A stretch of DNA of 43,243 nt, from contig CAIZYV010000065.1 in the NCBI GenBank assembly GCA_903937325.1, positions 1 to 43,243 of the forward strand, written 5' to 3'. Positions 25,727-35,900 of the stretch are shown here, in pieces. Source of the stretch: Candidatus Falkowbacteria bacterium (GTDB lineage: Bacteria; Patescibacteriota; Patescibacteriia; Patescibacteriales; UBA12465). The notes below the pieces were generated by a model that was not told the origin of the DNA, ran no database searches, and saw only the letters and a list, made by a program, of their open reading frames with translations. Both the position numbers and the translations under genes were made by a program. The first letter of the stretch is position 1; each line of letters begins with the position of its first letter.

Positions 25727-26938
25727 TTATTTTTCCTCCAAAATCGATAATGTCTCTCGGGCCGACTGTTCCCAACTAAAATGAGACACTTGCTGCAAAC
25801 CTTGAGCTGATAGAGATTTAGACAAAGATTCATCTTTATAAATCCTTGTCATAGCACTAGCAATCGCCTGCTTATCGCGAGGGTTAAAATAAAGGGCGGC
25901 TTCACCGGCTATCTCTCTTAAAACTGGTAAGTCGGATAAAAGCGCTGGGACTCCGCAGGCCATGGCTTGCAAAGCCGGAATACCAAAGCCCTCATGCAAA
26001 GTAGGAAAAACAAAAGCCCGGGCAGAACTGAAGATGGCCGGTAAATCTTCTTCCACCACCCAACCAGGCATCATAACTGATCGCCCAAGATCATATTCTT
26101 CAATAATATATTTGACTTCATCATAACCAAAACCGGCGTTACCAATCATCACTAATTTAACGTCGCTCGAAGGATTAACTTCTTTAAAAATGGCAAAAGC
26201 TTCGACTAAAGCCGCGGTATTTTTCTTCTTTTCTAAGCGGCCAACATAAAGAAAAAAAGGCTCATCGAGGCTATATTTTTCTAAAATTTTCCGACGTTGA
26301 GGATTGTCTGACCAAGGCTGATACAAATCACGGGGATAACCGTTATGCACCATTCTAATTTTATCAGCATATTTATCCGTATAAATATCAATTATTTCTT
26401 GTTTAGTAAAAGAGGAAACAGCGATAATTCGAAATGCATGCCGTAAAGCATAAGCAGTCGACCAGATTAAATAATCAAGAGAATTAGAGTTAAAACGACC
26501 GCAAGTAAACAGACGGATGATAAAATTAAAAAAACGCTTGAGCCATTCAGTCTCCAGGCGAACACCTTTCTTCTGGTATAAATCGCTTTCACGCGCAAAA
26601 GCGATATCATGAATAGTGTTGACCGTCCGACGCGGATGAATTAAAGGTAAGGAATGAGCAGGAACAAAAAGAACATCAGGAGCATGCATTAGCATTTCCC
26701 AAGATAAACGCCCTAAAGTCCAAAAATAAGGCCATGGCCAACGTAAAATTTGTAAACGAAAATTTGGATAAGCTTTTAAAGCAGCGGCTAAATCATTAGC
26801 CGGCGCCTTATCCAAATATAAAATATATTGATTGTTCCGATCAATGGCGGCCAAGTTTAAAATGATATAAAAAGAATACCATTCCGTCCCGGTGCGCAAA
26901 GAACGATTGGCGCGCGACGCGTCAATGCCAATAATCAT
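25727..26938 (-). CDS. GT4 glycosyltransferase (WbpX/MtfA-like)
   Basis: MIIGIDASR, TIHD, VGRLEKKKN, EGFGIPALQAM. Confidence 0.9.
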   Translation of the reverse strand: MIIGIDASRANRSLRTGTEWYSFYIILNLAAIDRNNQYILYLDKAPANDLAAALKAYPNFRLQILRWPWPYFWTLGRLSWEMLMHAPDVLFVPAHSLPLIHPRRTVNTIHDIAFARESDLYQKKGVRLETEWLKRFFNFIIRLFTCGRFNSNSLDYLIWSTAYALRHAFRIIAVSSFTKQEIIDIYTDKYADKIRMVHNGYPRDLYQPWSDNPQRRKILEKYSLDEPFFLYVGRLEKKKNTAALVEAFAIFKEVNPSSDVKLVMIGNAGFGYDEVKYIIEEYDLGRSVMMPGWVVEEDLPAIFSSARAFVFPTLHEGFGIPALQAMACGVPALLSDLPVLREIAGEAALYFNPRDKQAIASAMTRIYKDESLSKSLSAQGLQQVSHFSWEQSARETLSILEEK

Positions 26939-26951
26939 AAGATGAAAAAAT

Positions 26952-27959
26952 CTATTTAGTCGCTAAAATACTCCGCTTATAGGAATCAAGATTGTCTAAG
27001 GCAATACCTGTGCCTTTCACTACACAAAGCAAGGCGTCGTCGGCAACATAGGCAGGCACGCCGGTAGCACGGGAAACAAGCTGATCCATATTGCGCAGTA
27101 AGGAACTCCCACCAGAAAGAATAATACCTTTATCCATAATATCAGCCGATAATTCTGGAGGTGTTTTTTGTAGAACTCTCTTAGCGGCAGAGATAATCGC
27201 TTCTAGCTCAGTCTGAATCGCTTCGGTAACATCATCACTGGAAACAGTAATACTACGAGGCAAGCCAGTCACAATATCTCGCCCGCGTATTTCCATATAT
27301 AATTTATCTTCTATATATAAAGCGGAACCAATATTAATTTTTATTTCTTCAGCTGTTCGCTCACCGATAGCCAGATTATATTTCTTGCGGACATGTTCTA
27401 AAATAGCGGCGTCAAATTTATTACCACCGACACGAACAGAAGTCGAAGCGACAATACCACCTAAAGAAATTACGGCCATTTCAGCTGTTCCGCCACCAAT
27501 ATCAATAATCATATGACCAGTAGCGGAACCAATAGGAATATCGGCACCAATAGCGGCAGCAATCGGTTCTTTAATAATATAAGCAGCTTTAGCACCAGCA
27601 GCAATCGTTGCTTCGATAACGGCACGGCGCTCAGTCGAAGAGATGCCGGCCGGCACTGCTACCATAACTTCCGGACGAAATAAGCGAATGCCACCTAAAG
27701 TTTTATTGATAAAATAACGAATCATTGCTTCAGTAGTTCGATAATCAGCAATCACTCCGTCTTTCAAAGGACGGGCAGCAACAATAGTATCAGGCGTGCG
27801 GCCGAGCATATCTTTGGCCTCATTACCGACAGCTAAAATTTTATTATCTTCTAAAGAAACGGCAACAACGGAAGGCTCATTAATAACAATACCCCGGCGC
27901 GGCAAATGCACCAAGGTATAAGTTGTCCCGAGATCGATGCCGATACGTTTTATAAACAT
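26952..27959 (-). CDS. mreB: MreB/Mbl actin-like protein, stand-alone paralogue
   Basis: GIDLGT, INEPSVVA, RPLKDGVIAD, DIGGGT, TPPEL. Confidence 0.93.
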   Translation of the reverse strand: MFIKRIGIDLGTTYTLVHLPRRGIVINEPSVVAVSLEDNKILAVGNEAKDMLGRTPDTIVAARPLKDGVIADYRTTEAMIRYFINKTLGGIRLFRPEVMVAVPAGISSTERRAVIEATIAAGAKAAYIIKEPIAAAIGADIPIGSATGHMIIDIGGGTAEMAVISLGGIVASTSVRVGGNKFDAAILEHVRKKYNLAIGERTAEEIKINIGSALYIEDKLYMEIRGRDIVTGLPRSITVSSDDVTEAIQTELEAIISAAKRVLQKTPPELSADIMDKGIILSGGSSLLRNMDQLVSRATGVPAYVADDALLCVVKGTGIALDNLDSYKRSILATK

Positions 27960-28018
27960 AAATTAAACAAAAATCAAACAAAAAATTTAAAAAGCGATCT
28001 TATTTTCAATGATTCTTT

Positions 28019-28047
28019 ATATTATCCCAAATAAGCCTAAGTGTCAA
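28019..28047 (-). promoter_or_regulatory. Sigma70-type promoter of the stand-alone mreB
   Basis: TTGACA, 17 nt spacer, TAATAT. Confidence 0.65.
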
Positions 28048-28078
28048 AACAGTCGGCTAAAATTAGCGGCATTTTTCC

Positions 28079-28507
28079 CTATTCTTCGTAAGTATCAGCC
28101 GCATCTTCTTCTTCCTCTTTAGCTTGATTGCCAATAATTTTCTTTACCTTTTCAGCAAACTCATAAGTATCAAATTCTTCCTTAATAAAATAATAATCGG
28201 CCCCCATTTCTAAACTCCTTTTTTTACTATCTTCATCACTTAAATCAGTAAAAATAAAAATTGGTAAATCACCTAACTCATCATCTTCCCTTACCCGTTT
28301 AACTACCTCAAAACCATCTAATTTTGGTAATATTAAATCCAAAATCAAATAATCAGGAGCAAAATCACGTACTTTGTCCAAGAGCTCTTCAATTTCATCC
28401 TCACCCTCATTTACTTCTACTACAAATTCATCAGCACTAAGCTGCGCCTCTAGACCATAGAGAATATTGACATCATCTTCGAGAATAAAAATTTTTTTGC
28501 TTGACAT
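28079..28507 (-). CDS. Single-domain response regulator (receiver only)
   Basis: KIFILEDD, LILDLILPKLDG, IFT, GADYYFIK; no output domain; acidic tail. Confidence 0.9.
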   Translation of the reverse strand: MSSKKIFILEDDVNILYGLEAQLSADEFVVEVNEGEDEIEELLDKVRDFAPDYLILDLILPKLDGFEVVKRVREDDELGDLPIFIFTDLSDEDSKKRSLEMGADYYFIKEEFDTYEFAEKVKKIIGNQAKEEEEDAADTYEE

Positions 28508-28569
28508 ATGTTTGACGATCTGAGGCTGTCATGAAAAAATGACAGATACAAAAATAAATCTATCTAATT

Positions 28570-29544
28570 TTATGAATTAATTTTCTTTAAAGGGCGCCAC
28601 CAGCTTTCATTTTGCCGGTACCAGTCTACTGTATCCGCCAAACCTTGTTCGAAAGAAATTTGTGGCGACCAGCCCAATTCCTTAGAAGCTTTGCTAAAAT
28701 CAATGGCATAACGCAAATCATGGCCAGGACGATCACCAACATGTTCAATAAAACTTTCATCTCTACCTGTTAAATTCAGTATTTGTTTAGTAATTACCAA
28801 ATTACTGCGTTCACTATCGCCACCTAAACAATAAGTTTCACCTATCCGTCCTTTACGTAGAATCAAATCAACACCACGATTATGATCATTAACATGAATC
28901 CAGTCACGGATGTTACCGCCCTGACCATACACCGGAACCTTGCGGCCGTCAATCAAATTAGTAATAAACAAAGGAATCAACTTTTCCGGATATTGATAAG
29001 GGCCGTAATTATTAGAACAATTAGAAATCGTCACCGGTAAGCGATGAGTATGATAATAAGCGCGGACTAAATGATCGGCGGCAGCTTTAGAAGCACTATA
29101 AGGAGATCGCGGATCATAGGCGGTGCTTTCCTGAAAACGAGGACTATCAAAAGATAAAGAACCAAAAACTTCATCGGTAGAAATATGATGAAAACGAATG
29201 CCACCATGCTTCTTAGCGGCCTCAAGTAAAACGCGCGTGCCCTCAATATTAGTTCGGACAAAAGCGGCGCTGTTTAAAATAGAACGGTCAACATGACTTT
29301 CGGCCGCAAAATGAACGATAGCATCCACACCAACCATCAAACTATCAACTAACTCGATATCAGCAATATCACCGTGCACAAAGCGATAATTCGGCTTATC
29401 CGCGATAGTTTTTAAATTTTCCAAATTACCAGCGTAAGTTAAGGCATCCAGATTAATGATATCATCATCAGGATAAGTATTAAGCCAGTAATGAATAAAA
29501 TTAGCGCCGATAAAGCCGGCGCCACCGGTAACTAATAATTTCAT
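28570..29544 (-). CDS. rfbB: dTDP-glucose 4,6-dehydratase
   Basis: TGGAGFIG, LTYAGN, AAESHVDRSI, STDEV, YSASK, DRPGHD. Confidence 0.96.
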   Translation of the reverse strand: MKLLVTGGAGFIGANFIHYWLNTYPDDDIINLDALTYAGNLENLKTIADKPNYRFVHGDIADIELVDSLMVGVDAIVHFAAESHVDRSILNSAAFVRTNIEGTRVLLEAAKKHGGIRFHHISTDEVFGSLSFDSPRFQESTAYDPRSPYSASKAAADHLVRAYYHTHRLPVTISNCSNNYGPYQYPEKLIPLFITNLIDGRKVPVYGQGGNIRDWIHVNDHNRGVDLILRKGRIGETYCLGGDSERSNLVITKQILNLTGRDESFIEHVGDRPGHDLRYAIDFSKASKELGWSPQISFEQGLADTVDWYRQNESWWRPLKKINS

Positions 29545-29547
29545 AAA

Positions 29548-29943
29548 TTATGATTTTAAACGGGCACTAATTTCTTCGGCTTCACCAGAATTATAAGGAG
29601 CCGAGGGCCAAAGATTAAGATTATCACCAGACTGACGAGGAATGACATGAAAGTGAAGATGAGGGACGGTTTGCCCAGACACAGAATCATTATTTTCTGT
29701 AACATTATAACCGCCATAACCAAGTTTATCTTTCAATAAGAGACCCATTTTTTTAACAACAATAATCAGGGCGCTGAGATCTTCTTCGGAAACTTCCTCA
29801 ATATTAAGTACGTGCTTCTTAGGCAAAACGAGCATATGACCAGGAAAAACAGGGCTAATATCTAACATAGCGAGAACCTTTTCATCCTCATATATTTTAT
29901 AACTTGAAATATCGCCGGCTATGATTTGACAAAAAATACACAT
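29548..29943 (-). CDS. HIT-family nucleotide hydrolase
   Basis: MCIFC and GQTVPHLHFHVIPR. Confidence 0.93.
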   Translation of the reverse strand: MCIFCQIIAGDISSYKIYEDEKVLAMLDISPVFPGHMLVLPKKHVLNIEEVSEEDLSALIIVVKKMGLLLKDKLGYGGYNVTENNDSVSGQTVPHLHFHVIPRQSGDNLNLWPSAPYNSGEAEEISARLKS

Positions 29944-29967
29944 AAATTAAAAAATTAACGACAGTAT

Positions 29968-30417
29968 TTATATTTTATACGGGCTATTTGGATCTATTTC
30001 CCAGCGAATTTCATCTATCTCTTCCTTTTTCAAAATACCTTTATACAACTTATCCGGAAAATTAATGGACAGAGCCGACGTTTCAGAAATACATTGATAA
30101 CCGTGCACAACGCCCGGAGGCACAAGCACTGAACAAGGATTATCCTCCCCTACTTCAATTTCCATCTTCTCGCCGAAAGTCTTAGATTCAGCCCGACGAT
30201 CCCAAAGGTGTAAGCGAAAACGACCGGGACCAATAAAAATAAAATAATCGCTCTGATAGACATGCTCATGCGGGCCACGAATAACGCCGGGCAAAGTTAA
30301 GCTGACATAAGACATTGCCGGAGCCGAATCAAGTTCATCGCGCCGATAAATTTCCGTTAACCAACCGCGCTCATCCTCATATTTCTTGAGTTCCCTAACA
30401 ATAACGCCGCTTATCAT
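29968..30417 (-). CDS. rfbC: dTDP-4-dehydrorhamnose 3,5-epimerase-like cupin
   Basis: DERGWLTE, GVIRGPHEH, VPPGVVHGY; close to rfbB. Confidence 0.8.
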   Translation of the reverse strand: MISGVIVRELKKYEDERGWLTEIYRRDELDSAPAMSYVSLTLPGVIRGPHEHVYQSDYFIFIGPGRFRLHLWDRRAESKTFGEKMEIEVGEDNPCSVLVPPGVVHGYQCISETSALSINFPDKLYKGILKKEEIDEIRWEIDPNSPYKI

Positions 30418-30423
30418 AAATAT

Positions 30424-31407
30424 TTATTTTATTTTTCTTAAATCTAAGAGTCCGCTCTGCGCGCCGAAATGAGCAATTTTCGAAGCAGCGTTCCTCGCTC
30501 CCAAGTATAATGACTTTTTTATATCACCCCGGCTAAGTATCATGCCAATCAAGAAAGAAGAATTAAAAACATCACCAACGCCAGTGACATCTACGCGCTT
30601 TTTTTCTTTAATTATGTCTTGATGGTAAAAATTACGACCGTCATAAACATCAGCTCCTTCTTGTCCACTGGTGATTAAAACAATATTAGGACCAGCCGCT
30701 TTTAAAATAGGCAAAATATTTTTTACATCTTTAAAAAAATCCAAACCTTTACGACGATAAGAAGCCGAACTTAAAACCAATTCAAGTGCTTCATCCTTAT
30801 TAACGCATAAAATTTCGGTACGCTTCAAGAAGGGAGATAATTTTTTTAAACCAAGCTTATATTGACTTGCCCCCGGGTTCCAAACAATTTTTGGTTTTTT
30901 TGCAGAAAAAATCTGCTTAGCCGTCTTTTGCCAATTACCAGATAAAGAGGCTAAATAAATATATTCCGTCTGTTCTAATAAAGCTTTTTCCTTAAGACTG
31001 ATGGCCAAATTTTCGTTGGCTAAACGATTACTAAAAATAATACGCTCGCCTTCATCTGACACCAGAATAAAAGATAAACCGGTGAACGCTGATGGACTAA
31101 TAGACATCAGAGAAGTCGCCACACCTCGGCCTTTTAAATTAGCTAAAACCGCTCGGCCGCTTTCATCTCCTCCGATATTAGCCAAACAAGCCACCTTAAA
31201 ACCTGAATTGGCAAAATTTACAGCTGCATTAGCGGCGCCACCACCGAAAAGGTGATGGAAACTATTAACTTTAATCTTCGCTCCGTATTCAAAAGCTAAT
31301 AATTTCTGACGCAAAAGATCGCGATGATTATCGATCATAATGCCATCAGAAGTTAAAAAAACAATATCGCGAGTCGCCCCGCCGATACTAATAAAATTAT
31401 ATTTCAT
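30424..31407 (-). CDS. PfkB/ribokinase-family carbohydrate kinase
   Basis: GGGAANAA, NKDEA, DVTGVGDVF. Confidence 0.9.
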   Translation of the reverse strand: MKYNFISIGGATRDIVFLTSDGIMIDNHRDLLRQKLLAFEYGAKIKVNSFHHLFGGGAANAAVNFANSGFKVACLANIGGDESGRAVLANLKGRGVATSLMSISPSAFTGLSFILVSDEGERIIFSNRLANENLAISLKEKALLEQTEYIYLASLSGNWQKTAKQIFSAKKPKIVWNPGASQYKLGLKKLSPFLKRTEILCVNKDEALELVLSSASYRRKGLDFFKDVKNILPILKAAGPNIVLITSGQEGADVYDGRNFYHQDIIKEKKRVDVTGVGDVFNSSFLIGMILSRGDIKKSLYLGARNAASKIAHFGAQSGLLDLRKIK

Positions 31408-31438
31408 AAAATTAAAACTGCTAACATAATAACATAAA

Positions 31439-31978
31439 TTATCGCCCTTTCAAAAAAAATGGTTGCAAACGGCGACTAGCCAGAGCCAGGAGATTAAAAA
31501 ATAAGGCTACCAAGAAAACACCCAAGGCTAAACTCCAGGCTAATGATTCCCAAAAAGTGGCGGAAAACAAAAATAAGCGACCAGAAGAACCGGACCAATC
31601 AAAAATAACCAACAAAATATTAAAAATAAAAGCTTCAGCAGTGATTCCGATAATGCTTAGCAAAAGGAAAGAATATAAAGAACGGTTAGTTAAAACATTT
31701 TCTAAAACAAAATACATAATCACAGCACTTAAAAATAAAGACAGCAAGGACAAACCAAAGGGATGGAAGCTAAAAACATCTATAAAAAAACCAGCCGCTA
31801 AAGCTAAAAACCAAACACGATCACGACTAACCATTAAACAAGAAAAAATAATGGCGATTAAAATAATATCCAGATTACTCCATGGCCAAGGCAAGAAAGA
31901 AATTAAAGAAAATTGTACTAGAGCTAAAAACGCCGCCAAAGATAAGAAAATTAAAAATGAAAAAATCTTTTTATACAT
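31439..31978 (-). CDS. mreD: Rod shape-determining protein MreD-like membrane protein
   Basis: Very hydrophobic, AGFFIDVFS..FG motif, directly after mreC. Confidence 0.75.
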   Translation of the reverse strand: MYKKIFSFLIFLSLAAFLALVQFSLISFLPWPWSNLDIILIAIIFSCLMVSRDRVWFLALAAGFFIDVFSFHPFGLSLLSLFLSAVIMYFVLENVLTNRSLYSFLLLSIIGITAEAFIFNILLVIFDWSGSSGRLFLFSATFWESLAWSLALGVFLVALFFNLLALASRRLQPFFLKGR

Positions 31979-31981
31979 AAA

Positions 31982-32797
31982 TTAAGGCAAAACAACAGCC
32001 ACAACCGTTAAATTATAAAGAGAGGCAATCGGTTCAATACTGACATCCTGCCAAATTTCATTACTTTGATTATTAACCTGAGCAACGCGACCAATTACTA
32101 GACCACGAGGAATATTGTCGCCTAACCCAGAGCTGATAACAATATCACCTTCTTTTATTTGCTCCATCTGCGGAATATAATTCATTTTAATGGTCAGGCC
32201 AAGTTCCCCCTCGGAAAGTCCGATGGTTTTAGTGCCGTTTAAAATAGCAGCCGCTAGCTGGCAGTTATTGCCGGTCGTCAAACAAGCTCTAGAACTATTA
32301 TCTTTTACTTCGATAATTTTGCCGATGATTACACCAGATTCATTAATTACTCCAAGACCAGTAATAATTCCATCTTTAGAACCTCTGTCTAAAATGATAT
32401 CCTGAGCATTACCTTCGGCATCAAAAAGATTCTGCCTGGAAACGATATTAGCGCTAACCAAACGATAATGATTATTATTATTTAAAAAATTTAATTGTTG
32501 GCGCAATTTGTTATTTTCCTCGACTAAGAGTTGTAATTGTGCCTGATCAACAATAGCAAGCACCAGTTTATTTTCTGCCACCGTTAATTTAGCCACAATC
32601 TCTTCAATAGAATTGGCATCATTCGGCCTCCCTTGGAACCAAGTGCTTAAACCATGCAAAGACTTGCCCAGAGGCCTAATCGCTATCGTCAAGCTATTTT
32701 CTAAAGGTCGCGACAAACGGGAAAAATGAGCAAAAAAAATAAAGGCGATAATAAAAAGCCAAAGCCAAATCTTTTTAATTTTCCAGGCTAAACGCAT
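31982..32797 (-). CDS. mreC: Rod shape-determining protein MreC
   Basis: N-terminal TM, ENNKLRQQL coiled coil, LDRGSKDGI, SSGLGDNIPRGLVIG. Confidence 0.93.
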   Translation of the reverse strand: MRLAWKIKKIWLWLFIIAFIFFAHFSRLSRPLENSLTIAIRPLGKSLHGLSTWFQGRPNDANSIEEIVAKLTVAENKLVLAIVDQAQLQLLVEENNKLRQQLNFLNNNNHYRLVSANIVSRQNLFDAEGNAQDIILDRGSKDGIITGLGVINESGVIIGKIIEVKDNSSRACLTTGNNCQLAAAILNGTKTIGLSEGELGLTIKMNYIPQMEQIKEGDIVISSGLGDNIPRGLVIGRVAQVNNQSNEIWQDVSIEPIASLYNLTVVAVVLP

Positions 32798-32800
32798 AAT

Positions 32801-33847
32801 TTATTTATCTAAAACAACATTGCTAAGGGTAACCTTGGCCAATAATTCTGGATCGCTAATTAAAATACCGGCGCCACGAACAACGCAAGTTAAGGGGTCG
32901 TCAACAATCTTTACAGGAATCTTAGCAGCAATTGAAATTGCCTGGTCAAGACCACGCAATAAAGCTCCACCACCAGATAAGTAAATACCGCTTTCATAAA
33001 TATCGGACACGAGCTCTGGAGGTGTTGTTTCTAAAATTGTCTTAATATTTTCGATTATCTTGCTAACGGTACGGCTAATTGCTTCTCTAATTTGCTTATC
33101 ATTAACCATGATGGCTTTTGGTAAACCGTTGATCAAATCGCGACCACGTACTTCCATTTCCTGAGTTTCAGCTCCAGGTATAGCTGAAGCAATGTTAATT
33201 TTTATCTCTTCCGCCAACTGTTCCCCAATCAAAATATTAAATTCTTCTCGAATATATTCAATAATATTATTATCAAATTCATTCCCAGCTAAACGCAGAG
33301 ATTTCCAGGTAACAACGCCACCTAAAGAAATAACAGCGATTTCCGTGCTCCCGCCGCCAATATCAACAATCATCGTGGCGGTCGCCTCAGTAACGGGCAA
33401 ATGAGCGCCGACGGCCGACGCCATTGCTTCTTCAACTAAATAAACTTTGCGCGCGCCAGCGGAACGAGCAGCATCTTCAACCGCTTTCTTTTCTACTTCG
33501 GTCAAATCTAAAGGAATACCAATAACAACGCGCGGACGAGGAACTAAAGCAAAATGCTCACGATGAACTTTATTGATAAAATATTTCAACATTTTTTCTG
33601 TCACTTCAAAATCAGAAATAACCCCGTCTATCATTGGTTTAATTGCTTCAATATGAGCAGGTGTTTTGCCGACCATTTTCTTAGCGGCCAAACCAACTTC
33701 TAGAATTTCATTAGTACGCTTGTTAATCGCCACAACAGACGGCTCATTAATAACTAAACCTTTATCGCTAACGACGATAAGCGTATTTTTAGTACCAAGG
33801 TCTATACCTAAATCATGACTAAATTTACCGATAAGTTTATTGAACAT
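32801..33847 (-). CDS. mreB: Rod shape-determining protein MreB
   Basis: GIDLGTKNT, INEPSVVA, DIGGGSTE, TPPEL; first gene of mreBCD. Confidence 0.95.
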   Translation of the reverse strand: MFNKLIGKFSHDLGIDLGTKNTLIVVSDKGLVINEPSVVAINKRTNEILEVGLAAKKMVGKTPAHIEAIKPMIDGVISDFEVTEKMLKYFINKVHREHFALVPRPRVVIGIPLDLTEVEKKAVEDAARSAGARKVYLVEEAMASAVGAHLPVTEATATMIVDIGGGSTEIAVISLGGVVTWKSLRLAGNEFDNNIIEYIREEFNILIGEQLAEEIKINIASAIPGAETQEMEVRGRDLINGLPKAIMVNDKQIREAISRTVSKIIENIKTILETTPPELVSDIYESGIYLSGGGALLRGLDQAISIAAKIPVKIVDDPLTCVVRGAGILISDPELLAKVTLSNVVLDK

Positions 33848-33857
33848 AAATCAAAAA

Positions 33858-35294
33858 TTAATAGCTTTTAGCAAAAAACCAATCATGTTTAGCCGGCTGG
33901 CCACTAATAAAACATTGAGACTGGCTCGGTCCTTCTTTTTCATATTCAGGCGGCAAGCAGCGGGAAACCATGCCGAACCTTTCTTTTAACATTTTTTCCG
34001 TTTTTGGATCCTCACTCCAACTAGCACGAAACCAGCCAGAACGGTCGTCTATCTCATCCCAACTCTTAATTGTATAAATATGATTGCGCGTATACTCATC
34101 AGCTTGCTGATAAAGATTGGTATGAATACTGGCCATTAATTTTTCCAAATAAACAGGCAAATCGGCCAAAAGAATATTTTCCTTACTATCAAGATCGCGA
34201 CGAAATACTGTTACCGTCGCCGCTCCGGCTTCTTGACCACCTATTTCTAAACGTACTGGCACACCGCGCACTTCCCAATAATTAAATTTGAAACCGGGAG
34301 TCTGATTATCGCGCTCATCAATCTTCAAACGATATTTAGTACCTAAAAATTCTTTAATTTGCCGAGAATAAGAAAGAACAATTTCTTTTCCGGCATCATC
34401 CCGATAAATTGGCACTATCACTACCTGAATAGGAGCAATATTAGGCGGCAAGCGTAAACCATTATCATCGCCATGCACCATAATCAAAGCGCCAACGGAT
34501 CGCCAAGATAAACCCCAGCTATTTTGGTGGCCAAGATGGCTTTCACCATCAGCTCCTAAATAGTTAACGCCAAAAACAGAAGCAAAATTAGTCCCTAAAT
34601 AATGGCTGGTTGCACCCTGAATTGCCTTACCGTCTTTTGCCATCAGTTCCGCTGTCATAGTTGTTACTGCTCCAGCGAATTTTTCATTTTCTGATTTGCG
34701 ACCGACAAAAGTCGGAATGGCCATAAATTCATAAATATCACGATAGATGCCGAGCATTTTTATCATTTCCGATCGAGCTTCTTCCTCGTTAGCAAAAACA
34801 GTATGACCTTCTTGCCATAAAAATTCACTCCAGCGCAAAAAAGCACGCGGGCGCTTTTCCCAACGCACAACATTTGCCCATTGATTTAAACGCAAAGGCA
34901 AATCTTTATAACTTTGAATCCATTTGGCATAAGTCTTATACATCGCCGCCTCACTAGTCGGCCTAATTGCCAGCTTATTAACCAATTCTTCCCCGCCGGC
35001 ATGAGTAACAACCGCTAATTCCGGCGAGAAACCTTCAACGTGACTTTTTTCAGCTTCAAGATTTTCCAAAGGCACAAAAATAGGAAAATAAACATTCTCA
35101 ACCCCATCATCCTCAAGACGACGGCTAAGTTCCGCTTTAATTAATTCCCAGATTTTCAAACCATAAGGGCGAACTATACCGCAACCACGTACTTCCGAGC
35201 TTTCCGCTAATTCCGCTTCCCTAACCACATCCTGATACCAGGCCGGAAAATCATCCGCTTGTTTAGTAATAGTTTTTTTCTCTGATTTGGCCAT
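33858..35294 (-). CDS. proS: Proline--tRNA ligase, archaeal/eukaryote-like type
   Basis: HVEGFSPE, RPTSE, VVRWE, EFLWQEGHT, SHYLG, C-terminal AKSY. Confidence 0.96.
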   Translation of the reverse strand: MAKSEKKTITKQADDFPAWYQDVVREAELAESSEVRGCGIVRPYGLKIWELIKAELSRRLEDDGVENVYFPIFVPLENLEAEKSHVEGFSPELAVVTHAGGEELVNKLAIRPTSEAAMYKTYAKWIQSYKDLPLRLNQWANVVRWEKRPRAFLRWSEFLWQEGHTVFANEEEARSEMIKMLGIYRDIYEFMAIPTFVGRKSENEKFAGAVTTMTAELMAKDGKAIQGATSHYLGTNFASVFGVNYLGADGESHLGHQNSWGLSWRSVGALIMVHGDDNGLRLPPNIAPIQVVIVPIYRDDAGKEIVLSYSRQIKEFLGTKYRLKIDERDNQTPGFKFNYWEVRGVPVRLEIGGQEAGAATVTVFRRDLDSKENILLADLPVYLEKLMASIHTNLYQQADEYTRNHIYTIKSWDEIDDRSGWFRASWSEDPKTEKMLKERFGMVSRCLPPEYEKEGPSQSQCFISGQPAKHDWFFAKSY

Positions 35295-35315
35295 ATATTT
35301 TAAAATTATCTCTAT

Positions 35316-35900
35316 TTAGCGGCTATTAATTTTCTTTAAAGCGGCTTTAACGCGAGCACCACTATCGGATAAGCTCGGATCCAAATTATTTAGAGCTAGG
35401 CGTGCATCAGGCAAGGAATAACCCAGAGACATGAGAGCATCTAATTCATCACTGAAACCAACTGGCAAATTAGCGGCCGAGAGAACGGCGCCGTCAACGC
35501 TTCTAATTAATTTATTTTTTAATTCTAAAACTATCCGTTCCGCAGTTTTTTTCCCGATACCAGCAACCTTAGTCAACAAAGCGGCATCATCTCGTATCAC
35601 TGCCTCCCGAATATCATTAATTGCGGCGATAGAAAGAACACCAAGCGCCGATTTCGGACCAACACCGGATACTGATAATAACATTTGAAATAATTCTAGC
35701 TCCTCAAGATTACGAAAGCCATAAAGGTCAGAAGCATCCTCCCGTACTTGATGAGATAAATAAAATTCCTGCTCAGCGCCTATTTTAACAGACGACAGCA
35801 GTGATTCGCCGGCAAAAATCTGGTAGCCGACCTTATTAACCTCTAATATCAGGTAATTATTACTTTTAGCCAAAACTTGGCCGCATAAATAGGCAAGCAT
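35316..35900 (-). CDS. ruvA: Holliday junction branch-migration protein RuvA
   Basis: VGYQI, VREDASDLYGF, VSGVGPKSAL, GIGKKTAERIVLELK, LMSLGY. Confidence 0.96.
   Translation of the reverse strand: MLAYLCGQVLAKSNNYLILEVNKVGYQIFAGESLLSSVKIGAEQEFYLSHQVREDASDLYGFRNLEELELFQMLLSVSGVGPKSALGVLSIAAINDIREAVIRDDAALLTKVAGIGKKTAERIVLELKNKLIRSVDGAVLSAANLPVGFSDELDALMSLGYSLPDARLALNNLDPSLSDSGARVKAALKKINSR

Noticed and set aside
31557..31985. 142-aa Lys-rich plus-strand ORF
   Set aside because: Antisense shadow of the T-rich, hydrophobic mreD-like gene; no motif or expression signals.
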